Of a stretch of DNA of 64,000 bases, positions 8,196 through 18,558 are shown one piece after another. The notes under the pieces were generated by a model, which was given only the letters and a program-made list of their open reading frames with translations, had not been told where the DNA came from and searched no databases. The stretch comes from an uncultured Gemmatimonadaceae bacterium (GTDB lineage Bacteria; Gemmatimonadota; Gemmatimonadetes; Gemmatimonadales; Gemmatimonadaceae), in assembly GCA_963829055.1 (NCBI GenBank), contig CAWHHI010000018.1:1-64000 (forward strand), in the 5' to 3' direction. Each line of letters opens with the position of its first letter. Position 1 is the stretch's first letter. The translations under genes were made by a program, and so were the position numbers.

Positions 8196-9710
8196 TCAGC
8201 GATGGCCGATCTGGATGCTGCCGCCATCGATCGCGGTGGTGAGTGCCGCATCCGGCGTGGCGCCGGGCTGCGTGTCATATACGAGCGTGCCACGCGCGTC
8301 CCAGAGCTCAATGCGGATCGCGTCCGCTCTCGCATTGCCACCACCTGGCTGTCGTCCGTCCACGGCCGTGATCCGGAAACGCGCCGATGCGCCGTTCAGC
8401 GTGCCGGTGCCCCAGAACTGCGCGCGGTTGCTGCCCGAGACGACGAGCATCTCGATGACGGCGCTCTCGAAGGTCACCCGGGTACCCGGAATCCAGAACC
8501 TCGCCACCCCGTTAGGCGCCGCCGACTGGCCGGAAGCGGAATTCACACTGAACGTGAAGTGCGCCTTGCTCTTTCCTGGCCCGGCAGCGGTGTAGAAGCC
8601 GCTCCCCTTCGCAGCGTCGACAGCGCCGTTAGGCGTCGCGAACCGCAGCGTTGCGACGCGATCGCCGCCGACGACCTGGCCTCGATTGTTGATCGCTCGC
8701 GCGTCCGTCATTCCAGTCAGCGAGTAGAGGTCTTCCATCCCGTCCCGCGCGGTCCAGACGAAGGCGTGACGCGCGGCATCGTCGGCTGTGGTGCTGTACC
8801 CCACCACCTGCCCGACATCGTTGATGTCATACGCTTCGGTGCCAACGCCGCCGAGAGAGCCGAGATCGCGCATCCCCTCGCTCGGCAGCCAGAGGAAGGC
8901 TCGTGGCTGCTGCTCCGCGATCCACGTGGAGCCGACTACCTGGCCGGCATCGTTGATGGCCAGCGCAGCGGTAGACACACCGTCCAGCGTCCCGAGGTCC
9001 TGCATTCCCTGGCCAGCGCTCCAGAGAAAGGCGCTTGCCGGCCCATTCGACGGCAGGAAGTAGCCGACGACCTGCCCGACATTGTTGATCGCCGACGCCG
9101 GAGCCCAACCTCCGCTGTTGGCATCGAGATCTCGCATGCCGAGATCCGACGTCCACAGGAACGCGCGGTTCCTGAAGTTCAGCACGACGTTGTTTCCGAC
9201 CACTAACCCGTTGTCGTTGATGCCGGTCGCGACGCTGAACTGCGCCGCGAGCGTACCGAGGTCCCGCATGCCGGAACCGCGCGTCCAGAGAAACGCGTGG
9301 CGCGCGTTCTTCGCGTCCGTTGATGCGCTCGTTCCCACGATCTGTCCCGCCTCGTTGATCGAAGCGGCGCTGCTCGATCCACCGCCAAGGGTGCCGAGGT
9401 CCTGCATGCCACCTCCCGGCGTCCACAGAAACGCGTGCTGCTGTCCGTCCGCCGTGTAGCTCCATCCGACAACGTCGCCGGCATCGTTGATGTCGGCCGC
9501 GGACGTGGATGTCCCGCCGAGAGTGGGGAGCACCATTACGGTCGCATCCACGACGGTCGCCACTGCCTGTGCGCGTGCGGTGATCAGTGCAGCCGTCGGG
9601 ATGACGTCCTGCTCGGCGCACGCACTGACGCCGCCGAGCGTCACCACGGAAAGGATCAGCGCGCGGTGCACGACCGGCTGGCGGCGGAGTTGCTGGATGA
9701 GATATCGCAT
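8196..9710 (-). CDS. HAF-repeat (extracellular beta-propeller) lipoprotein with a C-terminal beta domain
   Basis: Lipobox-like VSAC; about seven repeats of INDAGQVVG...HAFLW...GMQDLGTLGG. Confidence 0.88.
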   Translation of the reverse strand: MRYLIQQLRRQPVVHRALILSVVTLGGVSACAEQDVIPTAALITARAQAVATVVDATVMVLPTLGGTSTSAADINDAGDVVGWSYTADGQQHAFLWTPGGGMQDLGTLGGGSSSAASINEAGQIVGTSASTDAKNARHAFLWTRGSGMRDLGTLAAQFSVATGINDNGLVVGNNVVLNFRNRAFLWTSDLGMRDLDANSGGWAPASAINNVGQVVGYFLPSNGPASAFLWSAGQGMQDLGTLDGVSTAALAINDAGQVVGSTWIAEQQPRAFLWLPSEGMRDLGSLGGVGTEAYDINDVGQVVGYSTTADDAARHAFVWTARDGMEDLYSLTGMTDARAINNRGQVVGGDRVATLRFATPNGAVDAAKGSGFYTAAGPGKSKAHFTFSVNSASGQSAAPNGVARFWIPGTRVTFESAVIEMLVVSGSNRAQFWGTGTLNGASARFRITAVDGRQPGGGNARADAIRIELWDARGTLVYDTQPGATPDAALTTAIDGGSIQIGHR

Positions 9711-9811
9711 GGGCGGTTTCACACAAGAGGGACTCGGGCAACGTCACAACCGTTAGGCGGGCGAGGCCAATGGCGCCGTCGAGCGCATCGGCCTCACCTC
9801 GGTGACATCGG

Positions 9812-11981
9812 TCAGTCGTGGCGGACCTCGATGTTCCCGCCTTCGGTCGGCTGGGTCACCGGCGCGTCCTGGGGGGCACCAGGCTGGCTGTCGTACACGA
9901 GCGCGCCAGTCGCGTCCCAGAGCTCGATGCGGATCGCGTCGGCGCCGCGGCCGTGCCCGCCTTCCTGCCCGTCGATGGCGGTGATACGGAAGCGCCCGGC
10001 GGCGCCATTCAACGTTCCGGTGCCCCAGAACTGCGCGCGGTTTCCTGACGCGACGAGCAACTCGATGGCCGTGCTCTCGAAGTCGAGCTGTCCACTCGGC
10101 ACCCAGATCTTCGCGCTCCCGTTAGGCAGGGCGTCGTCCGGCACGTACCTGGCGCTGAACGAGAAGTGCGCCTTGTCGTTGTCGAGTCCCGGTACGCTGT
10201 AGAATCCGCTGCCGATGGTGAAAGCGCCTTCAGGATCGAACACGATCACGTAGCGGTAGAACGCTGGCGCGCTGGTGCCGCCGGCGTCGTCGAAGACGGT
10301 CGCGCCTACCGTGTAGACGCCTGGGCTCGTGTACGTGCAGGCGCCGGCGTACGTGCCCTTGCCCGTGAACACGCCGTCGCCCAGGTAGATGTCTGTCACG
10401 GGAATGTTCGTCGCCGTGAGCACGACCCCGTTGCCGCACGCGACCTCGGCCGAGTAGATGTCGTTACTCCTTCCCGGGTCGGTGAACTCGAAGGCGATCG
10501 GCGCGCTCGCGCTACCGCCCGACATCTGAACCGGTGCGGTGGGCCCCGTTAGGCTGCCAGCGACGATCGTCGGCGCCACGTTCGCAATCGTGACGGTCGT
10601 CGTCTTCGTGTCCGTGCGCACCTCGGCGGTCACGAACAGTCAACGTGAGGGTGTACGTGCCGTTGTCGGCGTAGGTGTGGCTGCGCGGCGGATTGATGTC
10701 GATCCAGTCCGAGCCATCGCCGAACGACACGGTATAGACGAAGGCAACGTCGTCGTTATCCGAACCGGCCAGGTCGAGCGGGACCGCGGAACGCCGCAGC
10801 CCTGAATACGGGCCGTTCGTGGTTGCCACGGGTGGGCTATTGCCGGGCGCGAGATGGAGCGTGGCCAGTCGCCCGTCGCCGATGACCTGCTGACGGTTGT
10901 TGATGGCCCGCGCCGTCCCGATACCGGTCGTCGGCGAGAGCGCTTCCATGCCGTCGGCGGCAGTCCACAAGAACCCCTGGATCGGGGATCCTCCTCGAAA
11001 GCCGACCCCGAGATCACTACCGCCCACGACCTGGCCGGCCTCGTTGATCCCATAGGCCGCGGTGAGACTGGGACCGGCCCAGAGGCCTCCCAGATCGCGC
11101 ATGCCCTCGTCCGACGTCCACAGAAACGCGCTGAGAAGGATGCCGTAGCCTTCCACACCCCGCGATAGCCAGCTCTTGCCGACGACCTGTCCCGCGTCGT
11201 TGACGGCGTATGCGACACTGTACCCGCCGCCGAGGTCGCCGAGATCGCGCATGCCCTGGCCGGGCGCCCACAGAAACGCGCGTGAGTAGTACTCAGGGTC
11301 GATCGGAGGCGTGATGAATCGCGCAAGGAAGCTTCGACCGACCACCTGCCCGGCGTTGTTGATGTCATACGCAACGCTCGAGGTCAGTCCCTGTCCGAGT
11401 GCACCGAGGTCCTGCATGCCCTGGTCGAGCGACCACAGGAACGCATGCGTCTCCGCCTCGGGAGGCCCGACGCGAGGAAACGTGCTCTCGCCCACGACCT
11501 GGCCGAGGTCATTGATGCCGCGCGCGGTGCTCGAGGTTGCACCGGCCAGTGTGCCGATGTCGCGCATGCCCTCTCCCGGCGTCCACAAGAACGCGTGGCG
11601 GTCGCCGGTGGGCGTTAGGCTGGCGCCGACGACCTGGCCGGTCGCGTTGATGCCGTACGCCCAGCTCGATGCGCCGCCGAGCGTCCCGAGGTCCTCCGCG
11701 CCGCCGCTCGGGTTCGAGAGCATCGCGCGCGACGTTCCTCCTGACTGCTGCGTCCCGACGACCTGACCGGCGTCGTTGATCGCGGCGACGCTGAACGGAA
11801 CGCCGGCGACGCTCGCGCCGAGGATCGCCGGCTGCGGCGCGCCGGGTATGGCCTTCGGTGGACCTGTTGGGAGCCTGTCCTGCTCGTCGCACGCCGTGGC
11901 CAGCGCCAATGACGTGAGAGACACGACCAGCACACGGAGCACAGCGGCCGGTCGGCGGGATTGTCGGATGCGATACTGCAT
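9812..11981 (-). CDS. HAF-repeat + PKD-domain lipoprotein, frameshifted near 10620-10640
   Basis: LATAC lipobox, HAF repeats, PKD motif FGDG...SHTYADNGTYTLTLTV; C-terminal domain paralogous to 8196-9710. Confidence 0.82.
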
Positions 11982-12404
11982 AGGAACCTCCGCACGGAGA
12001 ACCACGACGCGAGCGGAATCAGCCACTCCCTCTCGTGCTAAGGTAGGTCCGAGGTTGCACGTGGTAGTCCGGCAACCCCCGGTTGTGTGTCCCCGTCTGC
12101 CTTACGCGGCAGGGAGCCGCACAACCGTGATGGGCACGGAGAACGCTCCAGCTGCAGTCGGTCGAGCGCATCTGTGTATAGCGTTAGGCGACGCTCGCGA
12201 TGGGTCACGTCGCACTGGCGTGAGGTGCTTCGCTCACTCGCGACGGCCCGCTTGGCACACGTCGATAACGGTTGCCGCGCGCACGTAACGACTAGAGATC
12301 AGGAAATCTCCTACCGCGAAGCGGTGGACGCCCTACACGCGCACGACCGCTGTTGTCACATCTTCAGGGAGGATGTGGTTCCTCATTCCGGAACTCATTG
12401 CGTC

Positions 12405-14130
12405 ATGATGTATGACTCCCCGCTTGCCGTACTCGTCGTCGACGCCGATCGCACCGGCGCCGACTGCGCTTGCCGCATGCTCAACGCGAAGGCTTCGCCG
12501 TCGGAGTCGATACGAGTCCTCGCGGCTTCATCGATCGCCGATGCGTTGACGATTGTTGCGACCGAGTCGGTGGACGTGGCACTGCTGGAGGCGCCCGCCC
12601 GATGACGTGTCAATGCTCGACGCCGTGCGCCGGTTGCGGGGCGCGGCGCCCGACCTGCCGATAGTCGTCGCGGCGGACGAGAGCAGGGAATCACTCGCGT
12701 ACCAAGCGGTGCACGCGGGGGCTCAGGACTACGTGATCAAGGGCGTGGACGACGCGCGGGTGGTTCAGCGAGCGCTGCGCCACGCGGTCGAGCGTGCGTC
12801 ACTCGCCCGCGCGCACGACGCGCTGCTCTACCGTGAGCACGACGCACGACTCGCGGCCGAGGAGGCGCGATCGGACGCCGATAGAGCGCGCACGCGAGCA
12901 GAGTCTATTGAGCGACAGGCCACATTCCTCGCCGGCGCGACGCTCGGTTCCTCGCTCGACGCCCGCGCGACGCTCGCTACGACCACGCGTCTTGCCGTGC
13001 CGATGCTCGGAGAATGCGCGGTCGGATTCCTCGCGGAGGACGATGGCACCGTGGATGTCGTCGAGGCCGTGCACGGGCCGCAACCGGACTGCGACCGCGT
13101 GCGGACGATGGCTCGAGCGATGTGTCGGGGCGTCGACATCGACGGGCTGCTCGCGCGAGCGAGAAGGCACGGCCACCTGGTGCTGAGTGACGCGCCCGCG
13201 ACGGTTCCCGCGCACCACTGCATGCTCGTCCCGCTCGCCGCGCGCGGTCGCGTGCTCGGCGCGCTGGGCCTGATCGTGCCCGCCGAGAGCCACACCTACG
13301 AGGCTGCCGACCTGGCGCTCGCGCAGGCATTCGCGGACCGGGCGGCCATCGCGCTGGACAACGCGAAACTCTATGAGGCCTCGTGTCGCGCGATCCGGAC
13401 GCGGGACCACGTTCTGGGAATCGTGTCGCACGATCTTCGCAATCCGCTCAGCGCCATTGGCATGTGTACGACCGCGCTCCAGGACGATGCCGGGCTGACG
13501 ACAGGCGAGCGACGCCGGCTCGTAGGAACGATTCGCGATTCGGTGAACTGGACGCAGCGACTGATCGCCGACCTGCTGGACGTCGCGAGTATCGAGGCTG
13601 GAAAACTGTCGGTGGTTCCGCGACTAATCGACCCGATCGTGATGATCAGCCGAGCGCTGGACCTGTTCGAGCTGGGATTGGAAGGCCGCGTTGTACGCCT
13701 CGCGGACGATGTGCCCGACATCCTCCTCCAATCAACGGTGACGAGCAGCGCATTCTCCAGGTGCTCGCGAACCTCATCGCGAACGCGCTGAAATTCACGC
13801 CACCGCGCGGACGCGTCACGTTAGGTGTCGAGGCCATGGACGATGCGCGTCGCGTTCCGCGTGTCCGACAACGGCCCGGGCATCGCGCCGGAGCATCTCG
13901 AGCACATCTTCGACTGGTTCTGGCGCGCCTCGCACGAGCGGGCGGAGCGGGGAACGGGGCTGGGGCTGGCGATCGCCAAGGGCATCGTCGACGCACACGG
14001 TGGCCACCTGACCGTCGAGAGCGTGGCCGGTCACGGCGCGACGTTCTCGTTCACGATTCCCAGGGCGGCGCGCGTCGTGAATCCGGCTCAGGCATTGACG
14101 AGTGAGGACGCGGCACTCGTGCCGGCCTGA
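12405..14130 (+). CDS. Hybrid sensor histidine kinase (REC-GAF-HisKA-HATPase), frameshifted near 12595, 13730 and 13845
   Basis: AGAQDYVIKG, AIALDNAKLY, SHDLRNPL, QVLANLIANALKF, DNGPGI, GTGLGLAI. Confidence 0.85.
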
Positions 14131-14145
14131 CCGTCCCCGCGGCGC

Positions 14146-15045
14146 CTAACGTGCCCTGGTCAGCAGCAGGCTGCACGTCGTGGCCCGGATGACCTTGTCG
14201 GCAACGCTGCCGACCAGCAGGCGACTCGCTCCGCGCCCATGCGTCGTCATCGCGATCAGGTCGATGTCGCGTTCAGTCGCGACGGCGGCGATCGCCTCGC
14301 CGACACGATGGCCGGCACGTGCCTCGGCGCTGTGGGTCGTCTGCCCCCACTGCAAGTCAGGGCGGGCCGATACGGTGTGCAGGTAGTGATCGGCGCGTCG
14401 CAGCCGCTCGGTGACGTCGTCGGGCTCGTGTTGTGCAAGCACCCAGACAGACGTCCGAAGGTCTTCTGCGACCTCCTCGATCCGGAGCAGGTGCACGTTC
14501 GCCGACTCCAAGGCTCCGAGTGCAATCGCGTGCGGAATCGCCTCCTCCGCGGCGCTCGAGCCATCCAACGGCACGAGCACGACGCGAGAACATCGACGGC
14601 TCACGATTCGGCGCCGTGTCACCCGTCCGCGAACCACGAGCACGGGTACGGTGGACGACCGAATCACCGCGTCGGCGACGCTGCCTAACCAGAAACGGCT
14701 CGCCCCCGTGCGGCCGTGCGAGGCCATGACGATGAGATCTACCCCCGTCGCGGTGGCGTGAGTCGCGATGGCCGTCGCCGGCCGCCCGTCGAGCATCGAA
14801 GCCGACACGGTGCCGTCGTGCGCCGCGCGCAGACGATCCGCGGTCTCGAGCACGTAGTGCTCGGCGGTCTCGCGCGCCGCCTGGCCGGCGACGCCGTACT
14901 GGGCGAACTCGTCGACGACCGGCGGAGCATGAACGTGCACCAGGTGCAGCTGCGCGCGCATTCGGTCGGCCAGTGTCGCCGCGACCGTCAGCGCCTGCTC
15001 CGCGAGCGCGGAGCCATCGAGTGGAACCAGAATGGATCGGTACAT
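14146..15045 (-). CDS. Universal stress protein (tandem USP domains)
   Basis: Two copies each of VPLDGS and HGRxG...GSVAD. Confidence 0.92.
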   Translation of the reverse strand: MYRSILVPLDGSALAEQALTVAATLADRMRAQLHLVHVHAPPVVDEFAQYGVAGQAARETAEHYVLETADRLRAAHDGTVSASMLDGRPATAIATHATATGVDLIVMASHGRTGASRFWLGSVADAVIRSSTVPVLVVRGRVTRRRIVSRRCSRVVLVPLDGSSAAEEAIPHAIALGALESANVHLLRIEEVAEDLRTSVWVLAQHEPDDVTERLRRADHYLHTVSARPDLQWGQTTHSAEARAGHRVGEAIAAVATERDIDLIAMTTHGRGASRLLVGSVADKVIRATTCSLLLTRAR

Positions 15046-15215
15046 GGGCGAATGTTCGGGTTCCCAGCACCCTCGCGCAATCGTGCGGTTGCAACCGCCC
15101 GCGTCCCATGGTGTCCGACGCGCGCGTCCTGGTGCCCTGACAGACTGCGCTCTCTCTCGCGCCATCATACAGGCGCGGTACAACTGTCGTTAGGCCACAA
15201 AGCAAGGAGGGCACC

Positions 15216-15719
15216 ATGACGCAAATGAAACTCACCCGGCGCACGTTCCCGTTCTCCACCAGGTTCCTGCCCAGCGCGTTCTTCGCGCCGCTGGATGACG
15301 TCGCGGACCTGAACGCGCGCACCCAGCAGCTCTTCGACGAGGTGTTCGGGAAGGAGCTCAACGCGCGGACGCAGGGATGGACCCCGGCGGTGAACGTTGC
15401 CGAGACGAAGGACGAATTCACCGTGACGGTGGAACTGCCCGGGATGAAACTGGAGAACGTCTCCGTGGACTTCACGGACGGCATGCTCACCATCCGCGGC
15501 GAGAAGATGGATGAGCAGACGACCAGGGAAGACGACCGCACGATCTACATGTGGGAGCGCCGCTTCGGGTCGTTCCAGCGCACGCTGCCGTTCCCCGGCG
15601 GGATCGACGACAAGAAGGTGGCCGCCGATTTCAAGGACGGCGTCCTGACGGTGCATCTGCCGAAGGTCGAGGAGGTCAAACCGAAACGGCAGTCGATTCC
15701 AATCACGGTCGCGAAGTAG
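15216..15719 (+). CDS. Hsp20/alpha-crystallin small heat-shock protein
   Basis: WTPAVNVAET, ELPG, ERRFGSFQR, FKDGVLTVHLPK; AAGGAGG RBS. Confidence 0.93.
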   Translation: MTQMKLTRRTFPFSTRFLPSAFFAPLDDVADLNARTQQLFDEVFGKELNARTQGWTPAVNVAETKDEFTVTVELPGMKLENVSVDFTDGMLTIRGEKMDEQTTREDDRTIYMWERRFGSFQRTLPFPGGIDDKKVAADFKDGVLTVHLPKVEEVKPKRQSIPITVAK

Positions 15720-15742
15720 AAGGCGCGTAGTCGAGTTGTGAA

Positions 15743-15804
15743 GGGGCGTACAGAAGAGGGGCCCGCCACGCAGTACGGTGGCGGGCCCCTCTTCTGTACG
15801 CCCC
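15743..15804. terminator. Perfect 27-bp inverted repeat, likely bidirectional terminator
   Basis: GGGGCGTACAGAAGAGGGGCCCGCCAC-N8-GTGGCGGGCCCCTCTTCTGTACGCCCC, between the convergent hsp20 and CBS genes. Confidence 0.75.
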
Positions 15805-15816
15805 TAACGAAACGCA

Positions 15817-16461
15817 TCAACGGCGGCGACCGCACCAGTCCCGGACGCCGTGACGCGTGCTGCGCTCGAAGACGAACGTCCGCGACGTGAGCTTCCCATC
15901 GGCTACGGCGGCCATGATGTCGCTCGAGCTGACGAGGCCCATCAGCGTCTGCCCCACCATCACGAGCACACGGTGGATCCGGTGATCTCGCATGTACTCG
16001 GCGGCGACGGGCACGGGGGTGTCCGGCGCCAATGCGTGGACAGGCGCTGGCGTCATCGCTTCGGACACGGTGTGATCATCCAGTACGCTCCAGTCGCCAG
16101 CCGAGGAGGTCTCGATGCGCCCGACGATCGATGCGTCGTCGTTGTCCCACGACTCCGTGAAATACAGCGCAGCCGGGTCGTCTTCTTCGTCCGAATCCGA
16201 CAGCACCGCCTCGCCGTTGTCGTCGATCGAGAAATCAGGAACCCCATCTCCCGCCGCGTCGCGGTCCATCGAGCGGCCGGGAAGGGTAGCCGCAAACTGC
16301 ACCAGATCGCTTGCGGAGATCACGCCGATCACGTCGTTGCCCGCGACGACCGGGGCACCGCTGATCCGCCTGGACGTGAACAGGTTCATCGCCTGACGAA
16401 TGCTCACGTCAGGATCGACCGTAATGACGTTCGTCGTCATGATATCGCGTAGTCTCAGCAT
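15817..16461 (-). CDS. CBS domain pair protein
   Basis: LRDIMTTNVITV...ISGAPVV...GVISASDL, acidic linker, VSEAMT...IHRVLV...GLVSSSDI. Confidence 0.88.
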   Translation of the reverse strand: MLRLRDIMTTNVITVDPDVSIRQAMNLFTSRRISGAPVVAGNDVIGVISASDLVQFAATLPGRSMDRDAAGDGVPDFSIDDNGEAVLSDSDEEDDPAALYFTESWDNDDASIVGRIETSSAGDWSVLDDHTVSEAMTPAPVHALAPDTPVPVAAEYMRDHRIHRVLVMVGQTLMGLVSSSDIMAAVADGKLTSRTFVFERSTRHGVRDWCGRRR

Positions 16462-16564
16462 GGCCCCCTCCGTACGTTCACTGCTCGGCCGCAGAATGAC
16501 CTTCGGTTCCGTGCGTCCGTCCTTTCCTCTCCTGCACGTTAGGCCGTTGCTACGGCCCTGACTG

Positions 16565-17278
16565 TCAGCGAAGTGGCGAGGCCTCGTCAGTGTTTCGCTG
16601 ACGCTCTCCGGCGTCGAGCAGACCGAGTCGCAGCGCGAACCGCACGTAATCCGTGCGGTGCGTGAACCCGAGCTTCTGGCCGATCCGATTCTTGTAGGTG
16701 TCGACGGTTTTCGGCGTGATCCCGAGCATGCGCGCGATCTCGACGCCGCTGTAGCCCTCGGCCACGCGACGGAGCACCGACTGTTCACGCTTGCTCAGCA
16801 GCGCGAGCTTCTCTCGCGCCTCGTCGAGTGGCGGTCGTTCATGGGTGTGCGGCCGCGCGTTCGCCGCCAGGAGGCACGCCGCCGTCGGCCGCACGAAGAC
16901 GTCTCCCGACGCGATGACACGAATGGCGTCGATGAACTCACTCTCGGCCGCGTCTTTGGAGAGGAAGCCACTGGCGCCGCCTTCGAGCAGCGGGATGAGC
17001 CGCTCCTCCTCCGTGTGCATCGTCAGGATCAGCACCTTCGGGGGGTGTGCGAGCTTTGCGATCTCCCGCGTCGCAGTGGCACCGTCTCCGGCGGCCATGT
17101 CGAGGTCCATGACCACAACGTGCGGCGCACATTGCGTGATCGCGGCGAGTGCCTCGACGCCATTCGATGCCTCGCCGACGACCTCAATGTCAGGCACTCC
17201 TCCAAGCAGGCCGCGGAGTCCATCCCGGACGATCGTGTGATCGTCGACAAGCAGCACGCGAATGACCGACTTGCTCAC
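16565..17278 (-). CDS. NarL/LuxR-family response regulator
   Basis: IRVLLVDDHTIVRDG, VMD, GFLSK, LSKREQSVL...TPKTVDTYK. Confidence 0.92.
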   Translation of the reverse strand: MSKSVIRVLLVDDHTIVRDGLRGLLGGVPDIEVVGEASNGVEALAAITQCAPHVVVMDLDMAAGDGATATREIAKLAHPPKVLILTMHTEEERLIPLLEGGASGFLSKDAAESEFIDAIRVIASGDVFVRPTAACLLAANARPHTHERPPLDEAREKLALLSKREQSVLRRVAEGYSGVEIARMLGITPKTVDTYKNRIGQKLGFTHRTDYVRFALRLGLLDAGERQRNTDEASPLR

Positions 17279-17799
17279 TGGAATGCCTCGGCGTAGGTAC
17301 CGCGGCGTAGCTTCGGTAACAACCAGGCTCGGGAGTGGAATCGGAGTCTTCCCGATGCCGTTTATCTCCATCGAAGCCATCTGTCCGATCGGGATCGCAG
17401 CCTTCACGTTCGCCTCCGGCTTTACTGTACACTCCACGATACGTGGGGTGGCGACTCGTACCAGCAGGGTACGACCCACACTGTGTCGGGGTTCTCACTA
17501 CCACGAACACTGCGGCGACCAGAAGCCACAGGCAGCTCATGACCAGCATGGCCGCGTCGCCGCTGAGCATCGGACCGTTAGGCGTCGGCTCCGTGTAAGG
17601 ATCCGGCTCCATGCGCCACCATGGCCACGCGAAACCGGCCAGTTGAGCGATGGCGCGCGGCGCGAGGATGCGTCGCTTCATGGTGCGTACTCCAGCAACA
17701 TGGAGGTAAGAACCCCGACCCGATGTCGGCGGCGCTCCGATACCGAACGAGCGGAAGTGCGACCATCCTGCTAGTGAAGACTTTGCCCGATGAGGTCCC

Positions 17800-18558
17800 G
17801 TGCAGGACAGCAGATTCACCGGTTCGCTCAAGGCTTTTCACCTGACCCGGTCGTTCCATGGTCGGCGCGTAGTGGACAACGTGAGCCTCGTCGTGCGCCC
17901 GGGCGAGATCGTCGGCCTCCTCGGTCCGAACGGCGCGGGGAAGACGGTAACGTTCTCGATGCTCGTCGGGCTACTCAAGCCGCAGGGCGGGCGCATCGTC
18001 CTCGACGACGTCGACATCACCCGCCTCGCGATGCACAAGCGGGCGCGCCGCGGCCTCGTGTACCTCCCGCAGGAGCACTCACTGTTGCACGGCCTCACCG
18101 CGGAGGACAACGTCGCGGGGGTGCTCGAGTGCCGGGGGTTCGACCGCGTCGAGGCGCGCCGGCGGGCCATTGAAGTCCTCGGGCAGCTCGGCATACGGCA
18201 CCTCGCCTCGATGCCTGCGGCGCGGCTTTCGGGAGGGGAACAGCGGCGACTCGAGGTCGCCAGAAGTCTGGCGCTCGAGCCACGATTCCTGCTCTTCGAC
18301 GAGCCATTCGCCGGAGTAGACCCGCTCGTCGTAGAGTCGCTGCACCACATCCTGCTCGATCTTCGCTCGCGCGGCATCGGCATCCTGATCACCGATCACA
18401 ACGTTCGCGAAGCGCTCTCGCTCTGCGACCGCGCCTACGTGCTCTTCGACGGACGGGTCCTCGCCGAGGGTACGAGCGACGAGCTCATCGCCAGAGAGGA
18501 TGTGCGTCTCCATTTCCTCGGAGAGACATTTGCCGACGCTACGCCCGCGCTCCGATGA
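17800..18558 (+). CDS. lptB: LPS export ABC transporter ATP-binding protein (LptB-like)
   Basis: GPNGAGKT, YLPQE, LSGGEQRRLEVAR, DEPFAGVDP, LITDHNVRE. Confidence 0.8.
   Translation: MQDSRFTGSLKAFHLTRSFHGRRVVDNVSLVVRPGEIVGLLGPNGAGKTVTFSMLVGLLKPQGGRIVLDDVDITRLAMHKRARRGLVYLPQEHSLLHGLTAEDNVAGVLECRGFDRVEARRRAIEVLGQLGIRHLASMPAARLSGGEQRRLEVARSLALEPRFLLFDEPFAGVDPLVVESLHHILLDLRSRGIGILITDHNVREALSLCDRAYVLFDGRVLAEGTSDELIAREDVRLHFLGETFADATPALR

Noticed and set aside
8700..11800. Nucleotide repeats such as CGTTGATG...GAGGTCCTGCATGCC
   Set aside because: Fully explained by protein-level HAF repeats.
17440..17680. Possible small membrane ORF on the minus strand (MEPDPY...LWLLVAAVFVVV)
   Set aside because: No recognisable family, and the frame runs on into the response regulator; cannot be supported.
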